Positions 39,343 through 48,083 of a DNA stretch of 64,000 nucleotides are shown one piece after another. The translations under genes and the position numbers were made by a program. The notes beneath the pieces were generated by a model. That model was not told the origin of the DNA and searched no databases. It was given only the letters and a program-made list of their open reading frames with translations. Source of the DNA: a plasmid. The DNA is taken from sequence record NZ_CP020440.2. One strand, written 5' to 3'. Each line of letters starts with the position of its first letter. Positions within the stretch are counted from its first letter, which is position 1.

Positions 39343-40251
39343 ATGATCGTTAAGCCCGCCGCCCTGAAACCAGGCCGCCGCGCCGTGATCGGCATGGGAC
39401 TGGGCCTTGCCGCCCTTGGCCTGGGTGCCCGCAGCCCGGCGGGCGCCCAGGGCCAGCCGACGCTGTATTTCTCGGCCATTCCCGATGACGACGAAACCCG
39501 GCTGATGCAGCGCTTCTCGGGCGTCGCCGCCTATCTGGAACGCCAGCTCGGCGTTCCGGTGCGCTATGTCCCGGTCAAGGATTACGCGGCCTCGGTCGTG
39601 GCCTTTCGCAACGACCAGATCCAGCTGGGCTGGTTCGGCGGGCTGACCGGCGTGCAGGCGCAACTGGCCGTTCCCGGATCGCAGGCCATCGCCCAAGGGG
39701 ACGAGGACGCGCGCTTCGTGTCCTATTTCATCGCCCATGAGAGCACCGGGTTGCAGAAATCCGACGGCTTCCCGATGGGCGCGCGCGGCATGAGCTTTAC
39801 CTTCGGCGCGCAGACCTCGACCTCGGGGCGGCTGTTCCCGGATTATTACATCCGCAAGGAAACGGGCGAGGCGCCGGACCAGTTCTTTTCGCGCGTGGGC
39901 TTTTCGGGGGATCACGCGCAGACGCTGCGGCTGGTGTCGACCGGGGCCTATCAGGTCGGCGCGCTGAACTATACCGTCTATGAAAAGGCCGTGGCCGAAC
40001 AGGCCCCCGAGGTCGCGACCACCCGCGTGATCTGGCAGACGCCGCCGTTCCCGGACTACAACTGGACGATCCGGGGCGATGTCGATGCGCGGTTCGGCGA
40101 AGGCTTCATCGAAAAGGTCCGCGCCGCCCTGATCGGCATGACCGACCCGGCGCTGCTTGAATCCTTCCCGCGCAAGGCGTTCATCCCGACCTCGAACGAG
40201 GCCTATCAGCCGATCCTGGAAACCGGCCGCGCGCTGGGTCTGCTGGACTGA
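39343..40251 (+). CDS. phnD: Phosphonate/phosphite ABC transporter substrate-binding protein (PhnD-like)
   Basis: Signal peptide, PhnD/SsuA/PBP-like fold, followed by a PhnC-like ATPase and a PhnE-like permease; RBS AAAGGAAAA. Confidence 0.7.
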   Translation: MIVKPAALKPGRRAVIGMGLGLAALGLGARSPAGAQGQPTLYFSAIPDDDETRLMQRFSGVAAYLERQLGVPVRYVPVKDYAASVVAFRNDQIQLGWFGGLTGVQAQLAVPGSQAIAQGDEDARFVSYFIAHESTGLQKSDGFPMGARGMSFTFGAQTSTSGRLFPDYYIRKETGEAPDQFFSRVGFSGDHAQTLRLVSTGAYQVGALNYTVYEKAVAEQAPEVATTRVIWQTPPFPDYNWTIRGDVDARFGEGFIEKVRAALIGMTDPALLESFPRKAFIPTSNEAYQPILETGRALGLLD

Positions 40252-40260
40252 CCGCCGCGG

Positions 40261-40923
40261 ATGCTGCGGATCGAGGGCGAGACGCTGGGATACGGCGACC
40301 GGGCGGTGCTGGCCGACCTGCGCTTTCACATGCGCCAGGGCGAGCGCGTCGTCCTGCTGGGCCGCAGCGGCAGCGGGAAAAGCACGCTGCTGAACGCGGC
40401 CTATGCGCGTCTTGCCCCCGAACACGCCGCGCGCATCGCGCTGGTGCCGCAGGAACACGGGCTGGTGCCGCAGCTTTCGGTCTTTCACAACACCTACATG
40501 GGGCGGCTGGACCGCCATTCGACGGCCTGGAACCTGCTGAACCTGGTCTGGCCCCAGCGAAGCGCGCGCGCCTCGGTCGATCTGGCGCTGGACCGGGTGG
40601 GCCTGGCGGGCCTGGCGCGCCGGCCGGTCGGCGCGCTGTCGGGCGGGCAGAAGCAGCGCACCGCGCTGGCGCGGGCGATCCACCGCGGCGGCGATGTGCT
40701 GATCGCGGACGAACCCGTCTCGGCCGTGGACGAACGCTACGGGGCCGCGCTTCTGGACCTGCTGGCGGCGCGGTTTCCGACCATGCTGGTCGCGCTGCAT
40801 GATGTGGCGCAGGCACGGCGGCTGGCCAGCCGGATCGTCGGCATCCGGGGCGGGCGGCTGGTGCTGGACCAGCCCGCGCAGGCGGTGACGGATGACCAGA
40901 TCGACGCGCTTTACCGTGTCTAG
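40261..40923 (+). CDS. phnC: Phosphonate ABC transporter ATP-binding protein
   Basis: Walker A GRSGSGKST, signature LSGGQKQR, Walker B; 220 aa. Confidence 0.8.
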   Translation: MLRIEGETLGYGDRAVLADLRFHMRQGERVVLLGRSGSGKSTLLNAAYARLAPEHAARIALVPQEHGLVPQLSVFHNTYMGRLDRHSTAWNLLNLVWPQRSARASVDLALDRVGLAGLARRPVGALSGGQKQRTALARAIHRGGDVLIADEPVSAVDERYGAALLDLLAARFPTMLVALHDVAQARRLASRIVGIRGGRLVLDQPAQAVTDDQIDALYRV

Positions 40924-42472
40924 CCGCGCGCGCGGATATGCGCCCGGCCGCATCGGCACGGCGCTGGCCTTCGTGGCTCTGGGGCTGGCGCTGCTGCCCT
41001 TTGCGGACCTGGGCATCGCCGGCCACGCCCCCTGGGTCGAACTCAGGCGCATGGTCTCGGGTCTGATGGCGCCCGATTTCGGCGCGCTGGAGTCGCTGAC
41101 CCGCACCGCGGGGCTGACCGTGGCCTTCGCGCTGTGTGGCGTCGCCCTGGGCGCGGCCTGCGGCTTTGCGCTGGCGCCGCTTTACAGGCTCGGCCCGGTG
41201 CGGCTGGGCTGTGTCGCCATCCGCGCGGTCCACGAACTGTTCTGGGCCATCCTGCTGATGCAGGTCACGGGCCTGTCGGCCACCACCGGCATCCTGGCCA
41301 TCGCGATCCCTTATGCGGGCATCTTCGCCAAGGTCTTCTCGGAATACCTGGACGAGGCCGACCCCCGCCCCGCCCGCGCCATGCCGCCGGGCGCCGGGGT
41401 CCTGTCGGTGTTCTTCTATGCCCGCCTGCCGCTGGTCTTGCGCGAATTCGGGACCTATGCGCTTTACCGGCTGGAATGTGCGCTGCGGTCCAGCGCGGTC
41501 CTGGGCTTCATCGGCCTGCCCACGCTGGGGTTCGAACTGGACAGCTTTTTCCGCCAGGGCATGTACGGCGCCGTCGCGGCGGTGCTGATCGTCTATTACG
41601 CGATGATCGCCAGCATGCGGCTGTGGATGCGCTGGCGGCTGGCGCCGCTTTACGTGCTGGGCTCGGCTGCGTTCCTGGCGACGCTTGCGACCCCGCCGAT
41701 GGCGCCCGGCGCGCTGTGGCGGTTTCTGACCAGCGACATCGTGCCCGCGCCCCTGCGCAGCGGTGAGCTGGGCGATGCCGCGACCTGGCAACGCTTCTCC
41801 GGCTGGCTGGGCGATCTTCTGTTGCACCAAGCGCTGCCGGGACTGGGGGCGACGATGGTGGTGGCGCAGCTTGCGCTGGTCCTTGCGGGGCTTGTCGCGT
41901 TGCTGGGCTTTCCGCTGATCGTGCCGCGCATCGCCGGCCGCTGGGGGGCGCTGGCGGGCCATCTGGGGCTGGTCGTTGGGCGATCGACGCCGGAATACAT
42001 GCTGGCCTATGTGATGCTTCAGATCCTCGGCCCCTCGATGCTGCCGGCGGTCATCGCGCTGGGGCTGCACAACGGCGCGATCATCGCCCATCTGGTCGGC
42101 CGCCAGTCCGACCATGTGACGCGCGACCTGCGCCCCGACGCGCCGCGCGGCGTCGACCTTTACACCTGGGAGGTGCTGCCCCGCATCTACGGCAACTTCC
42201 TGGCGCTGTGCCTCTACCGATGGGAGATCATCGTCCGGGAATCGGCGATCCTGGGGCTTTTGGGCATTTCGACCCTGGGGTTCTACATCGGCACCGCCAT
42301 CCAGGAAATCAGGACCGACCGTGCCGTCGTCCTGCTGGCGGTGACGGTCCTGGTCACGGTGCTGATCGACCTGGTGTCGCGCCGCAGCCGTGCCCGCCTG
42401 GGGCTGAGCGTACGCATCCGGCAGTCGCAGGACGGGGCAGAAAACGAGACGGCTGCCGAGGCCTTGGGCTGA
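40892..42472 (+). CDS. phnE: Phosphonate ABC transporter permease (fused double PhnE domains)
   Basis: 526 aa with two repeats of the PhnE-type permease core; the start may lie slightly downstream of 40892. Confidence 0.7.
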   Translation: MTRSTRFTVSSRARGYAPGRIGTALAFVALGLALLPFADLGIAGHAPWVELRRMVSGLMAPDFGALESLTRTAGLTVAFALCGVALGAACGFALAPLYRLGPVRLGCVAIRAVHELFWAILLMQVTGLSATTGILAIAIPYAGIFAKVFSEYLDEADPRPARAMPPGAGVLSVFFYARLPLVLREFGTYALYRLECALRSSAVLGFIGLPTLGFELDSFFRQGMYGAVAAVLIVYYAMIASMRLWMRWRLAPLYVLGSAAFLATLATPPMAPGALWRFLTSDIVPAPLRSGELGDAATWQRFSGWLGDLLLHQALPGLGATMVVAQLALVLAGLVALLGFPLIVPRIAGRWGALAGHLGLVVGRSTPEYMLAYVMLQILGPSMLPAVIALGLHNGAIIAHLVGRQSDHVTRDLRPDAPRGVDLYTWEVLPRIYGNFLALCLYRWEIIVRESAILGLLGISTLGFYIGTAIQEIRTDRAVVLLAVTVLVTVLIDLVSRRSRARLGLSVRIRQSQDGAENETAAEALG

Positions 42473-42492
42473 ACGGACATCCCTGGTGATCT

Positions 42493-42520
42493 GACACACT
42501 AGTATCTTGGTGTGTCTTTA
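42493..42520 (+). terminator. Weak hairpin plus TTT after phnE
   Basis: GACACAC-10 nt-GTGTGTC followed by TTT. Confidence 0.3.
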
Positions 42521-42560
42521 CTCCCGGAGCAAGGGGAACGCGGCCCGAAATGGGCCATAG

Positions 42561-43290
42561 GGAAAAATCACGATAAGGATTTTCGACTGGGCAGCCAACG
42601 GCTGCGCCGCAATGCTGGCCGCCGGCAGCCTGCCCGCCGCGGCGCAGGACTATCCGGCCAAGCCAGTCACAGTAGTGGTGCCGCTTTAGCCCGGCGGCGC
42701 CAACGGCGCGTCCCGACGGCTACACGATCATGCAGGCCTCGATCGGCGCCTGTGCGATCAACCCGGCGCTGCAGGACGACCTGCCCTATGATCCGCGCAA
42801 GGATCTGGACATGCTGACCAGCGCCGTCCGCACGCCGAACGCCCTGGTCGCGCGCCCGACGATGGAAGCCGCGACCCTTGAGGAGCTGATCGCCAAGCTG
42901 AAGGCGGAACCCGACAGCATGCTTTTCGCCTCGTCCGGGACCGGCTCGTCGGACCACCTGCCGGCCGAGCTGTTCTGGCAGGTCACCGGCACCTCGGGCA
43001 TCCATGTACTCTACAAGGGCGGCGGGCCTGCCCAGACCGACCTGATGGGCGGCCATGCCGATGCCTCGTTCCAGAACCTGGGCGCCATCGCCAATTTCGT
43101 GCGCGACGGCAAGATGAAGCTCTTGGCCATTGCCGCCGAGGAGCGCTCGCCCGAGTTTCCCGACGTGCCCACGCTGAAGGAACTGGAGAGCGAGGGGATA
43201 CGTCCGCCGAGACCGACGCCTTCGTCGCCGCCGAGATCGACCGCCGGACCGAGGTGGTCAAGGCGGGCGAAATCAAGCCCGAGGGCTGAT
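42561..43290 (+). pseudogene. tctC: Decayed tctC (tripartite tricarboxylate transporter substrate-binding protein, Bug family): no start codon, in-frame TAG, internal deletion and at least two frameshifts
   Basis: Three frames together reconstruct ...AAAQDYPAKPVTVVVPL*PGGANGAS / PDGYTIMQASIGACAINPALQDDLPYDPRKDLDMLTS...LYKGGGPAQTDLMGGHADASFQNL... / DTSAETDAFVAAEIDRRTEVVKAGEIKPEG*, the conserved TctC signature blocks. Confidence 0.75.
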
Positions 43291-43292
43291 CC

Positions 43293-43880
43293 TTGACAAG
43301 CCAAGCGACCGGGGTGCCGGGCCCTCGCACCCAGGATTTCTGGGCGGGCGTCGTCTATGTGGCGCTGGGGTCGGCCACGGTCCTTCTGGGCCGCGACCTG
43401 CCCATGGGCAGCGCCGCCCGGATGGGGCCGGGGTGTTTCCCGACCGTGCTGGGCGGGCTGCTTTCGCCTGAACACGCCGCGCGCTATCCGCACCAGTTCA
43501 GCGGCGGCCAGCGCCAGCGCATCGCGATCGCCCGGGCCCTGGCGATGGAGCCCAGGCTGATCGTCTGCGACGAGGCGGTCTCGGCGCTGGACGTGTCGAT
43601 CCAGGCGCAGGTGATCGCGCTGCTTGACGGGCTGCGGCGCGAATTCGGCCTGTCCTATCTGTTCATCGCCCACGACCTGCCGGTGGTGCGCGATTTCGCC
43701 GACCGCGTGATCGTCATGCGTCAGGGCCGCATCGTCGAGGAAGGCCCCGTCCGCCAGATCTTTGAAAACCCGCGCGAGCCCTATACCCAGGCCCTGCTGG
43801 CGGCGAGCCTGGACCCCGACCCCGAGGTGCAGGCCGCCCGCCGCCTCGCCCGCGACGCCCTGGAGAAGATCCCCGCATGA
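43293..43880 (+). pseudogene. Chimeric ORF: N-terminal fragment of tctB fused at about nt 43465 to the 3' third of a dipeptide/oligopeptide ABC ATPase gene (dppF/oppF-like)
   Basis: Residues 1-57 resemble the TctB N-terminus (..[23 protein letters not shown]); the rest is the oppF C-terminus starting at [42 protein letters not shown].. and lacking Walker A. Confidence 0.65.
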
Positions 43881-44824
43881 AACACGCCCCGATCAAGCCG
43901 CATGTCCTGGTCGCCTATCCGCTGCGCCCGCGCTTCATGGACGAACTCGAGGTGCGCTATACGCTGCACCGCCTCGACCGCGACGGGCCGGGGATGCTGG
44001 ACACGGCAGGGCCGCTTTGCACGGCGATGGTGGTGAACGGGCATGTGACGGTGGACCGGGCGCTGCTGGACCGGCTGCCGGCGCTGCGGCTTGCGGCCTG
44101 TTCCTCGGCCGGGTTCGACCTGATGGACCTGGCCGAAATGACGCGGCGCGGGATCACGCTGACCAACACCTCGGACGCGCTGGTCGACGAGGTGGCGAAC
44201 ATGGCCGTGCTGCTGGCGCTGGCGGCGCGGCGCCAGCTGGTCCGGGCGGATGCCTATGTCCGGTCCGGTGCATGGGGCGAATGCGGCATGTTCCCGCTGA
44301 CCCCCTCGACCGTGGGCAAGCGCACGGGGATCGTCGGGCTTGGCAATATCGGCCAGGCCATCGCGCGCCGGTGCGAGGCCCTGGGCCACCGGATCGGCTA
44401 TTTCGGGCGCAGCCGAAAGCCGGTGGATTACGACTTCTTTCCCGACCTGACGGCACTGGCCGGCTGGGCCGACATCCTGATCGTGGCGACCCCGGGCGGG
44501 CCCGAGACCGAGGGGCTGATCTCGGCCCCGGTGATCGAGGCGCTGGGACCGGAGGGAACGCTGGTCAATGTCGCGCGCGGCACGGTGGTGGACGAGGACG
44601 CGCTGGTCGCGGCCTTGCGCGATGGCCGCCTGGGCTCGGCCGGGCTGGACGTCTATCTGAACGAACCGCGGCCGGACCCCGCGTTCGCGGCGCTGCCGAA
44701 CGCGGTGCTTTATCCCCACCACGCCAGCGGGACCGAGGAAACCCGCGACCGCATGGCCCAGTTGACGCTGGACAACCTGGCGGCCTTCTTCGCAGGCCTG
44801 CCGTTGCCGACCCCGGTGAACTGA
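43877..44824 (+). CDS. D-isomer-specific 2-hydroxyacid dehydrogenase (glyoxylate/hydroxypyruvate reductase-like)
   Basis: NAD-binding [15 protein letters not shown], catalytic R/E/H arrangement; 315 aa. Confidence 0.85.
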   Translation: MKHAPIKPHVLVAYPLRPRFMDELEVRYTLHRLDRDGPGMLDTAGPLCTAMVVNGHVTVDRALLDRLPALRLAACSSAGFDLMDLAEMTRRGITLTNTSDALVDEVANMAVLLALAARRQLVRADAYVRSGAWGECGMFPLTPSTVGKRTGIVGLGNIGQAIARRCEALGHRIGYFGRSRKPVDYDFFPDLTALAGWADILIVATPGGPETEGLISAPVIEALGPEGTLVNVARGTVVDEDALVAALRDGRLGSAGLDVYLNEPRPDPAFAALPNAVLYPHHASGTEETRDRMAQLTLDNLAAFFAGLPLPTPVN

Positions 44825-44923
44825 AGCTGTGCCGGCCTTGGCACGCCTCCGTTGCCAGTGGCAGGAAGGGTGATCGCCCGCTAGAACGGGGCCAGCCCGC
44901 TTGCCATTTCCCGGAGGTCGACG

Positions 44924-45595
44924 ATGACGCTGACAGAGACGATGACGCTGACAGACTGGACCCCACGCCCGCGCCCTGCGCGTGCGCCGCTGGAGGGTCG
45001 CTATGTCCGCCTTGAGCCGCTGGCGCAGGATCATGCCCCGGCGCTGTTCGATGCTGCCACCGCTCCGGGGGCCGAGGACCGCTTTCGCTGGCTGTTCGAA
45101 ACGCCGCCTGAAAGCCAGGACGCGTTCGGCGACTGGCTTGAACGAGCCGCCCGTTCCGACGATCCGCTGTTCTTCGCCGTCGTGGACCGGCGGACCGGCC
45201 GCGCCGAGGGACGGCAGGCGCTGATGCGCATCGACCAGGGCCACGGCGTCATCGAGATCGGCAATATCATGTGGGGTCCGGCCCTGCAGCGCACGCGCAT
45301 GGCGACCGAGGCGCTGTTCCTGTTCGCCGACCATGTCTTCGACCTTGGCTACCGGCGCTTCGAATGGAAATGCAACGCCTTGAACGCGCCCTCGAAACGG
45401 GCCGCGGAACGCTTCGGCTTCCGGCCCGAAGGCGTGTTCCGCCAGCACATGGTCGTCAAGGGCGAAAGCCGCGACACGGCCTGGTTCGCGATGACGGACG
45501 GCGACTGGCAGCGGCTGCGGCCGCTTTACCTGGCATGGCTGCACCCCGACAACTTCGACGCCGCAGGCCGGCAGAAGGAGCCGCTGCGGATATAG
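44924..45595 (+). CDS. GNAT-family N-acetyltransferase (RimJ/RimL-like)
   Basis: Acetyltransferase fold motifs (RFEWKCNALNAPSKRAAERFGFRPEG). Confidence 0.8.
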   Translation: MTLTETMTLTDWTPRPRPARAPLEGRYVRLEPLAQDHAPALFDAATAPGAEDRFRWLFETPPESQDAFGDWLERAARSDDPLFFAVVDRRTGRAEGRQALMRIDQGHGVIEIGNIMWGPALQRTRMATEALFLFADHVFDLGYRRFEWKCNALNAPSKRAAERFGFRPEGVFRQHMVVKGESRDTAWFAMTDGDWQRLRPLYLAWLHPDNFDAAGRQKEPLRI

Positions 45596-45900
45596 CGAAG
45601 GGGGCGTGCGGGCGCCGTTCAGCCGTCAGCGCGGGCTGACGTCAGGGGTGGTGAGTCCGCTGCCCTGCCTCCGCATTGGTACGGGAAATGGATACCAAGC
45701 GAAACCCTGGTCGGCCGGTTGGCCGCGCCCTGGATGAGGCCGAGGCGCCGCTGGCTGCTGGTCGACATGAAGTCGGACTGGGCGCAGGTCTTCCGCCCTG
45801 CACCGCAAGAAGGCGCTCCGGTTGGCCCAGTCCGCTTCATGCGACCAGGGCTTGCGATCACGCGGGTTTGTGCACACGGTGGGATGCCGCGCTGCCTGTC

Positions 45901-46860
45901 TCAGGGTTCGGCCTGCATTTGAGTGATTGCGGCGGCGGCGATGATATCCTCGACCGAGCATCCGCGCGAGAGGTCGTTTGCGGGTTTGGCGAGGCCTTGC
46001 AGGATGGGGCCGATGGCGGTCAGGCCGCCCAGGCGTTGTGCGATCTTGTAGCCGATGTTGCCCGAGGCGAGGTCTGGGAAGACGAAGACGTTGGGGCGTC
46101 CCGTCAGGGCGCTGTTTGGCGCCTTTTTGGAACGGATCGCGTCGTCGAGGGCGGCGTCGAACTGCATCTCGCCGTCGATTTCCAGCCCCGGCGCGGCCGC
46201 GCGCACCAGGGCCAGCGCCTCGCGGATCTTGAGCAGGCTTGGGTGGTCGGCCGAGCCGGCGGTGGAAAAGGACAGCATTGCCACGCGCGGCTCCTCGGCC
46301 AGCAGGCGCCGGCAGCTGTCGGCGGCCGACAGCGCGATCGAGGCCAGCCCCTCGGCGTCCGGCTCGACCACCAGCCCGCAATCGGCAAAGATCATGCCGC
46401 CCCTGATCGGCGCCGCCGGGCCGCAGGACAGCATCAGGAAGAAGCTCGAGACGATGCCGGCGCCCGGCGCGCGGCCGATGATCTGGAGCGCCGCGCGCAC
46501 CGTGTCGGCGGTGGTGGCGACGGCCCCGCCCAGCGTGCCGTCCGCCTGGCCCAGCCGGACGCGCATTGCCGCCTGGCGGATCGGGTCGCGCATCTCGGCC
46601 AGGGCGCGCTCGGCGGTCATGCCCCGGGCGGCGCGCATCTTGTGCCAGTGCTCGGCAAGTTCGGGCAGGTCGGGCGCCTCGGCCGGGGCAAGCGCCGTCA
46701 CCCCCGCAACGGCCGGCCCGTCCATCAGCGTGATCCGGGCCAGGCCTTCGGCGGTCATGCGGGCGGCGGCCTCGGCCACGCGCGGGTCGCCCCCTTCGGG
46801 CAGGATGATGTGGCGCGGCCGGGCGCGCACGGCGGCCAGGATACGGTCGAGCGGTTTCAT
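45901..46860 (-). CDS. pta: Phosphate acetyltransferase (short form)
   Basis: PTA_PTB family motifs; 319 aa; sits downstream of xsc and tauZ as in taurine-degradation clusters. Confidence 0.85.
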   Translation of the reverse strand: MKPLDRILAAVRARPRHIILPEGGDPRVAEAAARMTAEGLARITLMDGPAVAGVTALAPAEAPDLPELAEHWHKMRAARGMTAERALAEMRDPIRQAAMRVRLGQADGTLGGAVATTADTVRAALQIIGRAPGAGIVSSFFLMLSCGPAAPIRGGMIFADCGLVVEPDAEGLASIALSAADSCRRLLAEEPRVAMLSFSTAGSADHPSLLKIREALALVRAAAPGLEIDGEMQFDAALDDAIRSKKAPNSALTGRPNVFVFPDLASGNIGYKIAQRLGGLTAIGPILQGLAKPANDLSRGCSVEDIIAAAAITQMQAEP

Positions 46861-46863
46861 GGC

Positions 46864-47925
46864 TTACCCCAGCAGATGCAGGCCGGCGGTGACAAAGCCG
46901 CCCAGGAACACGGTATCGGCCAGAAGCACCGCGATGGCGCCGGGACCCACCTCGAGCATGCGCCTGAGCGAGGTCTTGATCCCCACCGCCGCAATGGCGA
47001 TCAGCAGCGCCCAGCGGCTGGCAAGCCCCGCCGCATCGGCCAGCATCGCCGGCATCAGCCCCAGCGAGTTCACCGCCGCCAGCGCCAGGAAGCCCAGCAC
47101 GAAGCCCGGCAGCAGCGGCGGCTTTTGTCCCGCCTGCCGGTCGGCCAGGCCCCTGTGCCGGATGATCAACGAAAAGCACAGCACCACCGGCGCCAGCATC
47201 GAGACCCGGATCAGCTTGACCAGGGTGGCCGTCTCGCCCGCCTCGGGCCCGATCGAGAAGCCCGCGCCGACCACCTGCGCCACGTCGTGGATCGTGCCGC
47301 CGATGAAGACGCCCGCGTCCTGCGGCCCCAGGCCGAAAAGCCGCGCGAGCAGCGGATAGATCACCATGGCGACCGTCGAAAGCACGGTGACCGCCAGCAC
47401 GGTGAACACCAGGTCGCGTTCGGATTTCTCGTGTCTGGGCAGCACGGCGGCGATGGCCATGGCGGCCGAGGCGCCGCAGATCGCCACCGCGCCGCCGGTC
47501 AGCAGCCCGAAGCGCCAGTCGCGCCCGGCAAGCCGCGCCGCCGCGAGCCCGAAGAGGATGGTCAGCACGACGCCCGCCACCACCAGCCCGATGGCGCGCG
47601 GCCCCAGCGCCGCCAGCATGGCGACCGAGATGCGCGCCCCGAGGAGCGCGACGCCCAGCCGCAGCACGCTGCGCGCGGTAAAGGCGATGCCGGGCCCGGT
47701 CCTGGTGCCCTCATCGGCCAGGAAATTGAGCGCGAGGCCCAGAAGCAGCGCCATCAGCATGGCAGGCGCGCCGTAATGCTCGGACAGGAACTGTGCGGTG
47801 GCGGCGACCAGAACCGAGACGGCGATGCCCGGGAAAAGATCGGCAAGGCCGCTGCGCGCGGCGGAAACGACGCGGGCCGGGGCCTTCGGCACGGGTTCTT
47901 CCGGGATCGAGGGGCTGCGGGACAT
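46864..47925 (-). CDS. tauZ: YeiH/UPF0324-family membrane protein (putative sulfate exporter TauZ)
   Basis: 353 aa, about 10 TM helices, family typical of xsc-pta clusters. Confidence 0.75.
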   Translation of the reverse strand: MSRSPSIPEEPVPKAPARVVSAARSGLADLFPGIAVSVLVAATAQFLSEHYGAPAMLMALLLGLALNFLADEGTRTGPGIAFTARSVLRLGVALLGARISVAMLAALGPRAIGLVVAGVVLTILFGLAAARLAGRDWRFGLLTGGAVAICGASAAMAIAAVLPRHEKSERDLVFTVLAVTVLSTVAMVIYPLLARLFGLGPQDAGVFIGGTIHDVAQVVGAGFSIGPEAGETATLVKLIRVSMLAPVVLCFSLIIRHRGLADRQAGQKPPLLPGFVLGFLALAAVNSLGLMPAMLADAAGLASRWALLIAIAAVGIKTSLRRMLEVGPGAIAVLLADTVFLGGFVTAGLHLLG

Positions 47926-48083
47926 GGTGGTGCATCCTGACGATGAGAGGGGGCCGGCGGTCTGCCGGGCGGGCGTGGGCAGGGGGCTCTGCCCCCACGC
48001 TGCCGCGGCCCCTGGACGGGGCCGGGGCAGCGTTCCCCCGGGGTATTTTGCAAACGGAGAAAGCCAAGGCGCGCCCGAGCGGG

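Noticed and set aside
45719-45922. 67-aa plus-strand ORF and 80-aa minus-strand ORF inside the GNAT-pta gap
   Set aside because: Weak codon bias, no RBS, no recognisable motif; kept only as part of the unexplained-gap finding
43852-46116. ORFs 33852..36116 (+) and 33658..35193 (-) spanning the ABC ATPase region (listed here by their track coordinates 33658-36116)
   Set aside because: Out-of-frame and antisense shadows of the tandem-ABC ATPase and permease genes; only the C-terminal tail of the plus ORF (from 35187) is a real permease gene
48005-48045. GC hairpin CCGGGG-N8-CCCCGG followed by TATTTT between tauZ and xsc
   Set aside because: Terminator polarity is for the plus strand while both flanking genes are on the minus strand; likely fortuitous or an unrelated structure
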